A stretch of DNA of 63,762 bases, filler included, from Coriobacteriales bacterium (lineage in GTDB: Bacteria; Actinomycetota; Coriobacteriia; Coriobacteriales; UBA8131), in the NCBI GenBank assembly GCA_031263105.1. It is 6 parts of 6 records of this genome, joined end to end, with 100 filler letters (N's around TTAATTAATTAA, not from the genome) between each part and the next. Parts side by side here need not be neighbours in the genome. Positions count along the whole stretch, not along the records: positions 19,687 to 41,333 come from JAISGJ010000176.1; positions 41,434 to 48,420 come from JAISGJ010000213.1; 4 more parts are not named here. The stretch is one strand, 5' to 3'. Below the pieces are notes generated by a model. That model was not told the DNA's origin. It made no database searches and saw only the letters and a list, made by a program, of their open reading frames with translations. Made by a program: the position numbers and the translations under genes. This document shows positions 33,766 to 44,328 of the stretch, one piece after another; positions within the stretch are counted from its first letter, which is position 1, and every line of letters starts with the position of its first letter.

Positions 33766-35064
33766 TCAGGCCTTCGGCGAAAGCGGCAGGACGCGGAGGC
33801 CGAGCAGCAGCAGGAAGGCACCGAGGGCGAGCACTCCCACGACGACCCCGAGCTCCAAGGGCGAGGGGACGTAGACCAACTGGCCCCCGAGCGCGGCCAG
33901 GCCCGCCCCTGCATCGCTCAGCGGAGGACCCGTCGTGACGCCCGCGTTCGTGATGTTCTCGATCTGGAAGCCGCCGACGAGCAGCTGCACGCGCTTGCAG
34001 AAGATGGCGAGGACGGAGAGCGCTGCAGCGAGCACGACAAGGCCCGGCCGCCTGAGCGAGGGGCTGAACGCGATGAGCATAGTGAGGATGCCGGCGACGA
34101 CCTCGCACCAGAAGAAGGCCGCCAAGGGCCCGCTCACGAGCATCGCCACCACCTCGCCGCCCCCTGCCGCCGGGAACCCCGTGGTGAGGAGGTCGCAGGC
34201 GAAGAAGTACAGGTCGATGGCCGTGAACACGCCGAGCAGCTTGAGCATCTTCACAAGCGACGACTCCTCGAGCGCAAGGTAGCCGCTCTTCCGCAGCACG
34301 ACGACGACGAGCAGCACGAGCGCAAGGCCGCTGAGGAGGGCCGAGGACACGAACCAGGGGCCGAGCAGCGCGGTGTACCAGAACTCGTGGGCGTTCTGCA
34401 GCCCGAATATCCACGCGGTGACGGTATGGACCATGACCGCGCAGACGAGCGCGACGACGGAAAGGACGCGCAGGCCCGTCTCCGAGCCCTTGCCGGACTC
34501 CGCCCTCAGCGTCGCCCACAGGTATATGAGGGAGACGACGAGGTAGAGGGAGAGCACGATGATGTCCCACATGAGCGGCGAGCTCATGTTCGCGTAGGCG
34601 AACAGGTGCCAGAGCCGGGCAGGCCCGCCGAGGTCCACCACGACGAAGCCCACGGCCAGAACCGTGCAGCAGACGGAGACCCAGATGGCGACCTTCGATA
34701 TGCCCCCGAAGCCCGCGATGCCGAAGGCCCTGGGGACCGAGGAGATGATGAGCCCCCCGGCGGAAAGCCCCACGAAGAGCATGAACATGACGAGGTAGAT
34801 GCCCCATGCATCGAGGTTGCGCATGTTGGTGTTGACCATGCCGCCGCCCAGCTGGAACATCCACAGCCCTATGCCGACGAGCGCGAGCACGGCCGCCGCC
34901 ACGATGGCGACGAGCTGCGCCTTGGAGCGCGGGGCGGCAGGTGCGGCGGACGCCGCAGCGGACATGCCGGCCTCCGTGGCCCCCGTGGCCCCCTCGACCT
35001 TCTCGCCCTGCCCGACCTTCCCGGCATGCCCGGTATTCTCGGTATTCTCGGTATTCCCAGTCAT
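33766..35064 (-). CDS. NrfD/PsrC-family membrane anchor subunit
   Basis: WGIY…FVGLSAG, DLGGPAR, SSPLMWD, HTVTAWIF; many TM helices. Confidence 0.92.
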   Translation of the reverse strand: MTGNTENTENTGHAGKVGQGEKVEGATGATEAGMSAAASAAPAAPRSKAQLVAIVAAAVLALVGIGLWMFQLGGGMVNTNMRNLDAWGIYLVMFMLFVGLSAGGLIISSVPRAFGIAGFGGISKVAIWVSVCCTVLAVGFVVVDLGGPARLWHLFAYANMSSPLMWDIIVLSLYLVVSLIYLWATLRAESGKGSETGLRVLSVVALVCAVMVHTVTAWIFGLQNAHEFWYTALLGPWFVSSALLSGLALVLLVVVVLRKSGYLALEESSLVKMLKLLGVFTAIDLYFFACDLLTTGFPAAGGGEVVAMLVSGPLAAFFWCEVVAGILTMLIAFSPSLRRPGLVVLAAALSVLAIFCKRVQLLVGGFQIENITNAGVTTGPPLSDAGAGLAALGGQLVYVPSPLELGVVVGVLALGAFLLLLGLRVLPLSPKA

Positions 35065-35082
35065 TTCTTCCTCCTCACATGC

Positions 35083-35712
35083 CTACACGAGATAGTAGAT
35101 GGACGGCTCCGTGCCCTTTTCCGGCAGGAGGCGGCGATGCTCGCGCTCGAGGACGAGGCGGGACACCTCGGACTCGGCGTCGTTGAGGTCGCCGAAATGG
35201 CGCGCGTCGGCGGGGCAGGCGTTGGCGCAGGCCGGCTCCTCCCCACGGGCCAGGCGATGTGCGCAGAGCGTGCACTTCTCCACGACATGCTTCTGGTGCG
35301 CGGGGGCGTCGATGTCGCCGACGGAGTAGTCCATGGCGTACTTGGGCTCCTCCCAGTTGAAGCTCCTCACCCCCGTGTAGGGGCAGGCCGCGATGCACAT
35401 GCGGCAGCCGATGCACTTGCCGTAGTCCTGGAAGACCACGCCGTCCTCCTCGCGCTTGTAGGTCGCCCCCACGGGGCAGACGCGCGTGCAGGCGGGGTTC
35501 GCGCAGTGCTGGCAGGCGATGGTGACGTACTCGCGCTTGACCTTGGGATACACGCCGCTCGGGGCGTCCTGCGCCGGGCCGCCCTCGGTCGTGGTGCGGT
35601 TCCACCAGGTGCCGTCCGGCAGGTTGTTCTCCACCTTGCAGGCCACCGCGCAGGTATGGCAGCCGACGCAGCGGCTCAGGTCTATGGCCATTCCCCATTG
35701 CTTCTCAGGCAT
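35083..35712 (-). CDS. Four-cluster 4Fe-4S protein (DmsB/NrfC-like)
   Basis: CVGCHTCAVAC, CQHCANPACTRVCP, CIGCRMCIAACP, CTLC…CANACP. Confidence 0.95.
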   Translation of the reverse strand: MPEKQWGMAIDLSRCVGCHTCAVACKVENNLPDGTWWNRTTTEGGPAQDAPSGVYPKVKREYVTIACQHCANPACTRVCPVGATYKREEDGVVFQDYGKCIGCRMCIAACPYTGVRSFNWEEPKYAMDYSVGDIDAPAHQKHVVEKCTLCAHRLARGEEPACANACPADARHFGDLNDAESEVSRLVLEREHRRLLPEKGTEPSIYYLV

Positions 35713-35714
35713 CG

Positions 35715-38210
35715 TCACGCCTCCTCGTTCCACGGACGGATATCGCATACGGCATCGAAGTACGAGTCGTTCACTCCCACGGGGTCGAAGGCCGAGTTGT
35801 GCAGCGCGCCCCAGCAGCCGGACTTGAACTGGTAGATCTGCCAGCCCTTGGGGTACTTGACGACGCCTGGGCGCATCTCCTCGGAGAGGCGGGCGAGCGC
35901 CACCGCATGGCCGCGCGCGTTGAAGACCTCCACGTAGTCGCCTTCCTCTATCCCCCGCGCCTCGGCGTCGGCGGGGTTCATGCGTATGATGGGCTCGGGC
36001 TCGATCTCGCGCAGCCAGGTCGCCTCGTGGTCCTGCGTGTGGTAGCGGTTGCGCGCGCGCTCGGACATGAAGACCAGCGGGTACTCCTTCATCACCTCGT
36101 GCTCGTGCCATGCCTCTGTGGGCGGGAACCAGCGGGGCATGTGCTCGGCGTCGAAATCGATCTCCTGCCCGTAGTCGAGGCGCGGGAAGGGCGCATCGAC
36201 GTATATCTCCATGCGGCCCGTGCCCGTCGGCCACTGGCGCTCGGCCACGTAGCCCTCGGGCAAAAAGCGGATGCAGCGGTCGCGTTTGAGGTTCTCGACG
36301 GTCAGGCCGACGGCCCTCATGGACTCGGAGTCGAGCGCCTCGTGGAGGAACTCGTCGTCGGACATCTCGAAGTACTCCCCCGCCCCCAGCGCCTTCGCCA
36401 GCTCGATGGCTATCTGGCCGTCGGTCCTGCATTCGAAGGCCGGCTCGACCGCCCGCTCCATGTACAGGACGTAGAGGTCGGAGCCGAAGATGTCCTCCTG
36501 CTCGTAGTTGTGGGTCACGGGCAGCAGGAGGTCGGCGTACTTCGCGGAGTCGTTGAAGGTGAGGTCGGCCGCGACGATGAACTCGACCTTCTCCAGGTTG
36601 CGCACCACGCGGTTGGTGTCCAGGAAGCCGCCGACGATGGAGGAGCCGGACATGAACAGCGACTTGACGGGGAAGGGCTCGCCCTTGAACTCGCCGGTCT
36701 CCAGCACGTCGAAGCACAGGGCGAGCTTGGCGATGGCCATGGAGTTGAAGCCGGTGGGGTAGGTGTAGGCCAGGTTGTAGGTGGGGCCGTGCCAGCCCGA
36801 GCCCGTGCCCGCCCCCGGCTTGCCCGTGTTGCCGGTGACGGCCCCGAGAAGGGCCAGGGCATGGCCGTTCTGCACGCCGTTGTTGTAGGACTGCGAGCCG
36901 TAGCCCGTGTGATGGAAGACGGGGCCGGAGCAGATGACGTCCGCCAGCTCGTGTATCGTCTCGACGGGGACGTCGCAGACCTCGGCGGCCTTCTCGGGCG
37001 GGTACTCGTCGACGACCTCGAGCAGCATGTCCCAGGCCGTCCGGGTCTGGATGCCGTTGACGGTGCGACTGCCGCTGAGGGGCGGGTCGGCCACCGCGCC
37101 CAAGGCGCCGGGGGCGGAGGCCGCGTTGTCCCAGACAACCGGCGGGTCGATGACGGTGGGCTGCCCGGTCATGGGGTCGATGGGCCCTTCGGTGGGCGCC
37201 ACGCCCAGGTCGCTCATGCGCAGGAACATCTTGGTCTTCTGGTTGACGAGCACCGGCGCCACCGTGAAGTCGCGCAGGAAGTCCTTGTCGTGGCGGTCGG
37301 TCGCGACGATGTGCGAGGTCAGGGCGAACTGCAGGACGGTGTCGGTGCCCGGACGGGGCCGCACCCAGAGGTCGGCCTTCTGGGCGGTGCCCGTGTAGTT
37401 GGGGTCAACGACGACGAACTTCATGCCGTGCCTCTCGCGGTTCTCGGCGACGCCCCGCCAGTTCTGGGTGTTCGCCACCGTGAGGTTGCCCGACCAGGTT
37501 ATCATGGCCACGGAATTCTCCAACTGCACCCAGTCGAAGGGCGGGAAGCCCCAGGTGTTCAGTGCCGGGCCGAAGACCTTGTTGAGGCCCTTTGCCATGG
37601 CCATGTCGTCGCAGGAGGCGCTCTCGGTGAAGCCGACGATGTTGCGCAGCCGGGTGAGCAGGTAGCTGTTGAGGTAGCCGCCGCTCTTCGCGCCGCTGCC
37701 CTCGAAGACTATCGACTGCGGTCCGAAGTCCTTGATGTAGCCGCCCCACTTCTCGCCGATCTCGGCCATGGCCTCGTCCCAGCCGATCTGCTCCCACTGG
37801 CCTGCGCCGCGCTCGCCCGCTCGCCGCATGGGGTACTTGATGCGGTCGGGGCTGTAGATGCGCTGCAGGTGGGCGCGGCCTCGCAGGCAGGGCTTGTGGT
37901 GACGCGGATCCTCGGGCCAGGTGTTGATGGAGACGACCTTGTTGTCGCGCACCTTGACGAGCCCCTGGCACGAATAGCACCCTGCATACTGGCAGCCGGA
38001 GATGACGACTTTCTCCTCACCGCTGGGCGTGCCGTCGGCGGGGCCGAGGGAGCCGCAGCCCCCGAGGCCGCCTCCCAAGGCCGCCGTCCCTGCGACGAGC
38101 GCGGTGGCCTTGAGGAACCCGCGCCGCGTCAGGCCCGTCGGCGCCCTGCCGCCCCCTTCGCTGCCATTGCCGGCCCGGCCGTCCCGGCCGTCGCCCTTGC
38201 TTCTCGCCAT
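35715..38210 (-). CDS. Tat-exported DMSO-reductase-family molybdopterin oxidoreductase, substrate unknown
   Basis: TRRGFLK Tat motif; N-terminal Cys cluster; RIKYPMRR, RPGTD, MNPADAEARGI, FNARG. Confidence 0.93.
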   Translation of the reverse strand: MARSKGDGRDGRAGNGSEGGGRAPTGLTRRGFLKATALVAGTAALGGGLGGCGSLGPADGTPSGEEKVVISGCQYAGCYSCQGLVKVRDNKVVSINTWPEDPRHHKPCLRGRAHLQRIYSPDRIKYPMRRAGERGAGQWEQIGWDEAMAEIGEKWGGYIKDFGPQSIVFEGSGAKSGGYLNSYLLTRLRNIVGFTESASCDDMAMAKGLNKVFGPALNTWGFPPFDWVQLENSVAMITWSGNLTVANTQNWRGVAENRERHGMKFVVVDPNYTGTAQKADLWVRPRPGTDTVLQFALTSHIVATDRHDKDFLRDFTVAPVLVNQKTKMFLRMSDLGVAPTEGPIDPMTGQPTVIDPPVVWDNAASAPGALGAVADPPLSGSRTVNGIQTRTAWDMLLEVVDEYPPEKAAEVCDVPVETIHELADVICSGPVFHHTGYGSQSYNNGVQNGHALALLGAVTGNTGKPGAGTGSGWHGPTYNLAYTYPTGFNSMAIAKLALCFDVLETGEFKGEPFPVKSLFMSGSSIVGGFLDTNRVVRNLEKVEFIVAADLTFNDSAKYADLLLPVTHNYEQEDIFGSDLYVLYMERAVEPAFECRTDGQIAIELAKALGAGEYFEMSDDEFLHEALDSESMRAVGLTVENLKRDRCIRFLPEGYVAERQWPTGTGRMEIYVDAPFPRLDYGQEIDFDAEHMPRWFPPTEAWHEHEVMKEYPLVFMSERARNRYHTQDHEATWLREIEPEPIIRMNPADAEARGIEEGDYVEVFNARGHAVALARLSEEMRPGVVKYPKGWQIYQFKSGCWGALHNSAFDPVGVNDSYFDAVCDIRPWNEEA

Positions 38211-38313
38211 AGCTCCTCCATTCTCTCACCTTGTTCCTTGTTGCTTCGTGGACAACGGTAGGCGACGGGATAGGAGTAGGCAATTACCATAGCGGGGTAG
38301 TGGCTTATGTATT

Positions 38314-41088
38314 TTATGAATGATTTGATGTAGAGGACTGTGCAGGAGAGGACGACGGGGGCGAGAAGGAGGGCGCGGATGCGGTGGACGGGAAGCCGGA
38401 CTGGAAGTAGAGGATGAGCTGTGCGCGGGAGTGCACGGAGAGCTTGGCGTAGAGGTTGGCGATGTGCTTGCGCACCGTCTGGCGCGATATCCCCAAGCGC
38501 TCGGCGATGTCGGCCGAACGGTAGCCCGAGATGAGCAGATAGGCGATGTCGCTCTCGCGCGTGGTGAGGGTGGAAGGGGCCTCGCCCTGGGCCATGCCCA
38601 TGTCGCCCTGGGCGATGCGCGAGAGCTGGCTGAACAGCAGTTGGCAGAAGTCCCGGAGCCCGGGCGGGCATTCCCGCATCGACTCCCGCATCAGGCGGTC
38701 GAGGACGGGCAGGAGGGCGCAGTGCTCGTTGACGAACAGCTGGGTCATCTGCTCGGGCTGGGCCAAGGACAAGGCCTCGAGCAGGGCGTCCTCGGCAGCT
38801 GCGGAGTTACCGGCCTGCTCCTCGGCGATGCACAGGAGCAGGCGCGCATGGACGGCATCGATGCGGCGGGCCGGCTCGACCTCGGCGACAAGGGCGCGAA
38901 GCCCCGACAGGCACCCGTCGTCACCCTGGAGGACGCCCCACGAGAGGGCCAGGCGCCGCCAGAAGAGGCTCTCGCCGTACTCGGCGGCCGTGTCTGCGAG
39001 GAACGCTGCGACGTCCAGGGTGCCGCCCTCCTGCAGGCAGCGGAGGAAGCCTGTCGGCAAAGGCTTCGTCAAAAGGCCGTAGGGCGTGAGGGAGACCGCC
39101 TGGGCGGCCAGCTCGCAGGCCTGCTCGCGGTCGCCGCGCAGGTAATGGAAGAGCGCGTCGAAGGCGATGGCGGAAGAGAGTTCGCGGGCGGCGAAACCCT
39201 CCCGTGAGACGTCCTGGTAGAGCTTGCGGTGCAGCTCGGCCTCGCCCAGGGCGCTGCGGTGATAGGCCGCGTTGACCCGTGCGATGTACAGGTTCATGAA
39301 GGTGGGACGCAAAGGGTTGAGGCTCCGCTCGACGGCCATGGCCTTCTCCCCATAGGCCTGGGAGCTCCGGAAGTTGCCGAGGTAGCCCTCGGCGGCGGCC
39401 AGGAAGGCGTAGTGGTTGGCGACATAGCCACGCTTGCCATGTGCCATGACCTCGGGCAGGAACTCCAGCATGGCGTCGCGGTACTGGAGCCAGTCGGGCA
39501 CGACGGGCGCAAGGAGCAGGGCCTGGGTCGCCGCAGCCCGCAGGTAGTAGTCGTCCAAAGGCAGGAGGGCGAGGGCCGTCCGGGCGTCCTCCTGCGCCTG
39601 CCCGGGGTCTCGCACGAGGGTCCCCAGCTGGGCGCGCAGGGTCAGGGCCTCGGCATAGAAGGGCTGGCCGGGATCGACGTAGTGCCTCCGTGCCACGTCG
39701 GCGCAGAGCGCGCTCAGGGCCGTGTCCTCGCAGATCCTGGCCGCCAGCGACACCAGGCTGGCGACCTGCGGGTTGCCCACAAGCATCTCGTCTGGCAGCA
39801 TGCTGGCCCAAGAGTAGAACATGAAGAGATGGTCCTCCGCGAACATCTCCCGCCAGTGCGCGCACATGATGTGTGCGATGCGTGCGAAGTCGCGGATCCG
39901 TTGGGCGCAGCGCACCGCAAGGTTGTGGTTGCCGTTGCACTCGTACCAAAGCGAGGCCTTCTCCAGGAGCGGCCGCTGTTGCACCTGCGCCGAACGCTGT
40001 GCGCTGTGCCGCAGGGCGAGGGAGAAGGGCTGCCGGTAGCTGTACCACGGGTCGCCGTGCGCCTTGGGTATGGTCTCCAGGAAGACCTGGGCATCGACGA
40101 GCCGGTCGAGGATGCGGGCCACGTCCGTCCGATCGAGGCCCGTGAGCTCCTGTGCCAGGTCGGCGCAGAAGACGTCCAGCAGGCCCGTGGCCAGAAGGAA
40201 GTCACGCTCCTGCGCGGAGACCTGCCGGAAGACCTCCTCCGAGGTGTAGTCCGCTATCGCATGCAGCAGGCTCTGGGGCAGCCAGGCGTCGCCGTCCGCC
40301 GGGTCCTGGCCAGCTGTGTGCGGGACCGCAGACGCCGCCGCTGGGGCTGCTGGCGCCGCAGGGTCGTCGAAGACCTCAAGCAGGCGCACCGCCGCAGGCC
40401 AGCCGCCGGTGAACTCCCGGATGCGCTGGGCACGGGGCAGGGCGAGATGCCGATGCGCCAGGCCGAAGACGGCAACGACCTCGTCCGGGCTGAAGCGCAG
40501 GTCCTCGCTTGTGAGCAGATGCAGCTGCCCCTCCATCAGCAGACGGGTGAGCCCCAGATGGAGCGATGCACGGCTGAGCAGCAGCAGGTGCAGGCCCTTC
40601 GGCTGATGGGCGACAAGGTAGGCCAGCAGTCCGTGCGCCCCGCTCCCCTCCTCCAAAAGCTGGCAGTCGTCCAAGACGAGGATGTGGCGGGGGCCGGTCG
40701 TGCTGCGGCCGTCCTCGGGTTCTAGGCCGCCCTCCAGAGCACCTATCAGTGCGTCCATGTCAGGACTCGACCTACCCAGGACGGCCTTCGAGAGATAGGC
40801 CAGGAAGCGCTCGGGGTCGTTGTCTGCGGCATCGAGGCCGAGCCAGGCGACGGGCGGACAGGAGCGGTCGCACGGATCGCGCGAGGGGCGCCCCTGCGTC
40901 TGCCGCAGCGCCCATTGGGAGACCAGCGTGGTCTTCCCGAATCCCGCAGGGGCCACCAGGAGGGTCGCCCGGACATCGTGCGAGGCACGGGTGAGCCTCG
41001 CCGCCAGCTCGGCACGCCAAAGCGCATCGGCCGGAGGCGACGGGACGACGGACTTGCCTTTGAGCAGAAGAGGCTTCCTGGGCGGCAT
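38314..41088 (-). CDS. MalT-like large ATP-binding LuxR regulator
   Basis: APAGFGKTT, LVLDD, GWPAA, C-terminal LTTRESDI…IAERLGISRQTVRKHIANLYAKL; start taken at ATG 41088. Confidence 0.92.
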   Translation of the reverse strand: MPPRKPLLLKGKSVVPSPPADALWRAELAARLTRASHDVRATLLVAPAGFGKTTLVSQWALRQTQGRPSRDPCDRSCPPVAWLGLDAADNDPERFLAYLSKAVLGRSSPDMDALIGALEGGLEPEDGRSTTGPRHILVLDDCQLLEEGSGAHGLLAYLVAHQPKGLHLLLLSRASLHLGLTRLLMEGQLHLLTSEDLRFSPDEVVAVFGLAHRHLALPRAQRIREFTGGWPAAVRLLEVFDDPAAPAAPAAASAVPHTAGQDPADGDAWLPQSLLHAIADYTSEEVFRQVSAQERDFLLATGLLDVFCADLAQELTGLDRTDVARILDRLVDAQVFLETIPKAHGDPWYSYRQPFSLALRHSAQRSAQVQQRPLLEKASLWYECNGNHNLAVRCAQRIRDFARIAHIMCAHWREMFAEDHLFMFYSWASMLPDEMLVGNPQVASLVSLAARICEDTALSALCADVARRHYVDPGQPFYAEALTLRAQLGTLVRDPGQAQEDARTALALLPLDDYYLRAAATQALLLAPVVPDWLQYRDAMLEFLPEVMAHGKRGYVANHYAFLAAAEGYLGNFRSSQAYGEKAMAVERSLNPLRPTFMNLYIARVNAAYHRSALGEAELHRKLYQDVSREGFAARELSSAIAFDALFHYLRGDREQACELAAQAVSLTPYGLLTKPLPTGFLRCLQEGGTLDVAAFLADTAAEYGESLFWRRLALSWGVLQGDDGCLSGLRALVAEVEPARRIDAVHARLLLCIAEEQAGNSAAAEDALLEALSLAQPEQMTQLFVNEHCALLPVLDRLMRESMRECPPGLRDFCQLLFSQLSRIAQGDMGMAQGEAPSTLTTRESDIAYLLISGYRSADIAERLGISRQTVRKHIANLYAKLSVHSRAQLILYFQSGFPSTASAPSFSPPSSSPAQSSTSNHS

Positions 41089-41176
41089 GTGTGTTACACC
41101 ATTCAGACGGGTGACTACCTCAGACACTACCTCACAAGAATAGCACTCTACCCCACTGCCTGCCTGCAAGACAGAG

Positions 41177-41333
41177 ACCCACTGTCATCCCGAGCCTGTC
41201 GAGAGGTTGCTGTACACACCCCCACTGTCATCCCGAGCCCCCACTGTCATCCCGAGCCCCCACTGTCATCCCGAGCCCCCACTGTCATCCCGAGCCCCCA
41301 CTGTCATCCCGAGCCCCCACTGTCATCCCGAGC
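41177..41333. repeat. Tandem 20-bp array of the MITE terminus at contig end
   Basis: CCCCACTGTCATCCCGAGCC-type units repeated without spacers. Confidence 0.9.
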
Positions 41334-41433
41334 NNNNNNNNNNNNNNNNNNNNNNNNNNNNNNNNNNNNNNNNNNNNTTAATTAATTAANNNNNNNNNNN
41401 NNNNNNNNNNNNNNNNNNNNNNNNNNNNNNNNN

Positions 41434-41696
41434 GGGCCCCCACTGTCATTCCGAGCGTGCCGAGGAATCTTTGGACACGCAGTGTCCAACGGCAGGTCGG
41501 GGGGCCCCTTCGGCCTGCGGTCGACCGCTGGCGCGGTCGAGGATTCCTCGGCAGGCTCGGAATGACAGTGGGGGCCCGGGATGGCAGTGGGGCCCGGGAT
41601 GGCAGTGGGGCCCGGGATGGCAGTGGGGCCCGGGATGGCAGTGGGGGCAGGGATGGCAGTGGGGCCCGGGATGGCAGTGGGGGTGTGACGTGTAAC
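41434..41696. repeat. MITE/REP element with 19-bp tandem terminal array
   Basis: GTCATTCCGAG…CTCGGAATGAC followed by repeated GGCCCGGGATGGCAGTGGG units. Confidence 0.88.
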
Positions 41697-41792
41697 ATCG
41701 TACCGTCCTTTTGTCGGCTTTTCCACGCGCTCCCTTGACGTATGTAAGAGAATGTAAGAAGAAATAAGAGCTTCTTAGAGAAAGTGAGAGGC

Positions 41793-42890
41793 ATGGCTTC
41801 GGAAGCGGTTTTCTTGCCCGCGTTCGGTAATCGCCCGTCCCATCTTGTCGGGCGGGACGAAATCGTGGACGGCTTTGTCAGAGGGCTGCGGAGTCCCGTT
41901 GGCAATCCTGAACGCGCAACGCTGCTCATCGGACGACGGGGCATGGGCAAGACCGCATTGCTGCTTGCCTTTGCAGAAAGCGCCGAGAGCCAAGGCTTCC
42001 TCGTTGCGCGCGTAACGGCCGGAGACGAAATGCTCGCAGACATTGTCGGCACCATACAGCGGAAGGGCACGCCCTACATCAAGAAAAATCCCCAAGTCAA
42101 AGGTGTTTCGGCGGGAGCGCTCGGCTTTGCCTTCGGTCTGACCTTTTCCGACGAGGTAGAGAGAAGCTTCAGCTTCCTGAACAAGATGGCCCTGCTCTGC
42201 GACGCACTGGAGAAACACGACAAGGGAATAGTGCTCCTCGTCGATGAGATTCAGGCACACACGCCTTCCCTGCGGATCTTGACCACTACCTACCAGCATC
42301 TGGTGGGCGAAGGCAAGAACGTCGTTATCGCAATGGCCGGGCTGCCCCACGCCATCTCATCGTTGCTGAATGACGAGGTTCTGACGTTTCTCAACCGTGC
42401 CAGGAAGAACAGGCTCGGACCGCTTTCCCTCAGCGCCGTCAGCCTCTACTATTCGAGTGTGTTCGACGGCCTGGGGAAGTCCATCTCACCTGAGAACTTG
42501 GCACGGGCAGTCGAGGCGACCCGGGGGTATCCCTATCTCCTGCAACTGATCGGGTATTATCTCCTTGAGTATTCTGGGAACTCCAAGGGAATCACAGGCG
42601 ACCAGACAGAGCAAGCCTTGGCGAGCGCAAAACACGATTTGACCGAGAACATCTATGCCCCCGTTTTGAAGCCGCTGTCTGCCAGAGACCGACAGTTCTT
42701 GCAGGCGATGTCCAAGACCAAAGGGCCGGTCAGAGTGACAGATATCGAGAAGCGGATGAGAACAACGCGCGGCAACGTCCAGGCGTACCGCAGACGGCTG
42801 ATGGACGCGGGGGTCATTGCCTCGGAGCAGCGCGGAGAACTGGAGCTGGTAATCCCCTATCTCGGAGAATATCTGCGCAGAGAGTTTTAG
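41793..42890 (+). CDS. AAA ATPase with C-terminal winged helix
   Basis: GRRGMGKT, LLVDEIQ, GYPYLLQL, YRRRLMDAGVI. Confidence 0.88.
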   Translation: MASEAVFLPAFGNRPSHLVGRDEIVDGFVRGLRSPVGNPERATLLIGRRGMGKTALLLAFAESAESQGFLVARVTAGDEMLADIVGTIQRKGTPYIKKNPQVKGVSAGALGFAFGLTFSDEVERSFSFLNKMALLCDALEKHDKGIVLLVDEIQAHTPSLRILTTTYQHLVGEGKNVVIAMAGLPHAISSLLNDEVLTFLNRARKNRLGPLSLSAVSLYYSSVFDGLGKSISPENLARAVEATRGYPYLLQLIGYYLLEYSGNSKGITGDQTEQALASAKHDLTENIYAPVLKPLSARDRQFLQAMSKTKGPVRVTDIEKRMRTTRGNVQAYRRRLMDAGVIASEQRGELELVIPYLGEYLRREF

Positions 42891-43133
42891 GGGGAGGAGA
42901 GCGCCACCGAGATAGACCGCCTTACCGACACCTTCCTGTTCGCCGCAGACATTATCGAGCCACACGAGATAGCGCACTCCGTCCGCGATAGCAAAGACGA
43001 CCCGATTTTGGCGTTGCTTGTTGAGTCGAAGGCGGAAGCCCTGATAGCGGGCGACAAGGATCTACTGATTCTTGCCGACAGATATCCGATTCTCGCCCCA
43101 GCAGAGTTCTGGACACGATACGGGCTTTCATAA
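42891..43133 (+). pseudogene. C-terminal half of a PIN-family toxin, no start codon
   Basis: My translation: …VRDSKDDPILALLVESKAEALIAGDKDLLIL…ILAPAEF, the RDxxD / GDKDLL signature of PIN toxins. Confidence 0.75.
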
Positions 43134-43140
43134 GAAGCAC

Positions 43141-43311
43141 CTGCGCACTTCCGCCGGTCGCCCCGCTGCCGCGTTTTCCGGGCGCTCGGACCCAAGGATC
43201 CCTCGGCAGGCTCGGGATGACAGTGGGGGCAGGCTCGGGATGACAGTGGGGGCAGGCTCGGGATGACAGTGGGGGCAGGCTCGGGATGACAGTGGGGGTG
43301 TGAACTGTAAC
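43141..43311. repeat. Partial MITE with 23-bp tandem terminal units
   Basis: GGCAGGCTCGGGATGACAGTGGG x4, ending GTGTGAACTGTAAC. Confidence 0.88.
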
Positions 43312-43335
43312 CTGTCAGGGAACAGGGGGCAGGTT

Positions 43336-44328
43336 TTAGGGAAGCGCCTCCTTCATGCTCCGGGCGTAGGCGGTAAGGGCAGCAGGGGCACCCTCTGGAT
43401 CGGCGGCTATCATGCGCACGATGGCGCTGCCGACTATCACGCCGTCGGCATCGGCCACCTGGGCGATGTCGTGCGCCTGCTCGGGCGTATGCACGCCGAA
43501 GCCCACGGCGACGGGCACGTCGGTCGCCTCGCGCACGAGGCCGACCATGGCAGCAATCCCTGATGACGGGTCTATCTCACTGCGCACTCCCGTGACGCCC
43601 AAAGAGGACACGAGATAGAGGTAGCCCGTCGCGTCGGCGGCGATGGCGGCGACGCGCTCGGCGGAGGTCGGCGCGATGAGGCTGATGACGTCGATGCCGT
43701 TCGCCGCCGCTTCGCCGGAGAGCTCGCCCTTCTCCTCATAGGGCAGGTCGGGGACGATGATGCCGTCGACCCCCGCCTCGGCGCAGGCTGCGAAGAAGCG
43801 CCGATAACCGTAGTGGTGCACGGGGTTGAGATAGGTGAGCAGCACGATGGGCACCTGCAGGGGGGCCTGCGCCTCGCGCCCCTGCTGCGCCCCGTGCCCC
43901 TGCCCTCGCGCGTTCTGCGCCCCGTGCCCCTGCTGCACCTGCGCCCCGTGCCCCTGCCGCAGCGAGCGCACGAGCCCGAAGATGCCATCCAGCGTGGTGC
44001 CCGCCGCGAGCGCGCGCAGGTTCGCCTCTTGGATGACAGGGCCCTCCGCGATGGGGTCGGAGAAGGGAACACCGATCTCGATGAGGTCGGCACCGCCTTC
44101 GACAAGGGCGCGGATGTAGCGCTCGCTGTACTCCAATGACGGGTCGCCGCCCGTCACGAAGGCGATGAAGGCTTTGCTGCGGGCGGGCGGGGCGGGCAGC
44201 GGGACGTCGAGGACGCCGTCCCCTGCGGATGCGGGCACAGCATCCACAGTCGCCCGCACCTCGCCGCCGCCCGCCCCGCCGCCCGCGACCGCCGCACCGC
44301 TCCCAAATGCTGCCGCTATTCTACTCAT
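43336..44328 (-). CDS. trpA: Tryptophan synthase alpha chain (with two insertions)
   Basis: [40 protein letters not shown]. Confidence 0.96.
   Translation of the reverse strand: MSRIAAAFGSGAAVAGGGAGGGEVRATVDAVPASAGDGVLDVPLPAPPARSKAFIAFVTGGDPSLEYSERYIRALVEGGADLIEIGVPFSDPIAEGPVIQEANLRALAAGTTLDGIFGLVRSLRQGHGAQVQQGHGAQNARGQGHGAQQGREAQAPLQVPIVLLTYLNPVHHYGYRRFFAACAEAGVDGIIVPDLPYEEKGELSGEAAANGIDVISLIAPTSAERVAAIAADATGYLYLVSSLGVTGVRSEIDPSSGIAAMVGLVREATDVPVAVGFGVHTPEQAHDIAQVADADGVIVGSAIVRMIAADPEGAPAALTAYARSMKEALP

Noticed and set aside
41221..41333. Possible CRISPR arrays (also 43203-43296, 48521-48626, 54118-54230, 57648-57717)
   Set aside because: Units are directly adjacent with no unique spacers, match the MITE terminus, and no cas genes are present.
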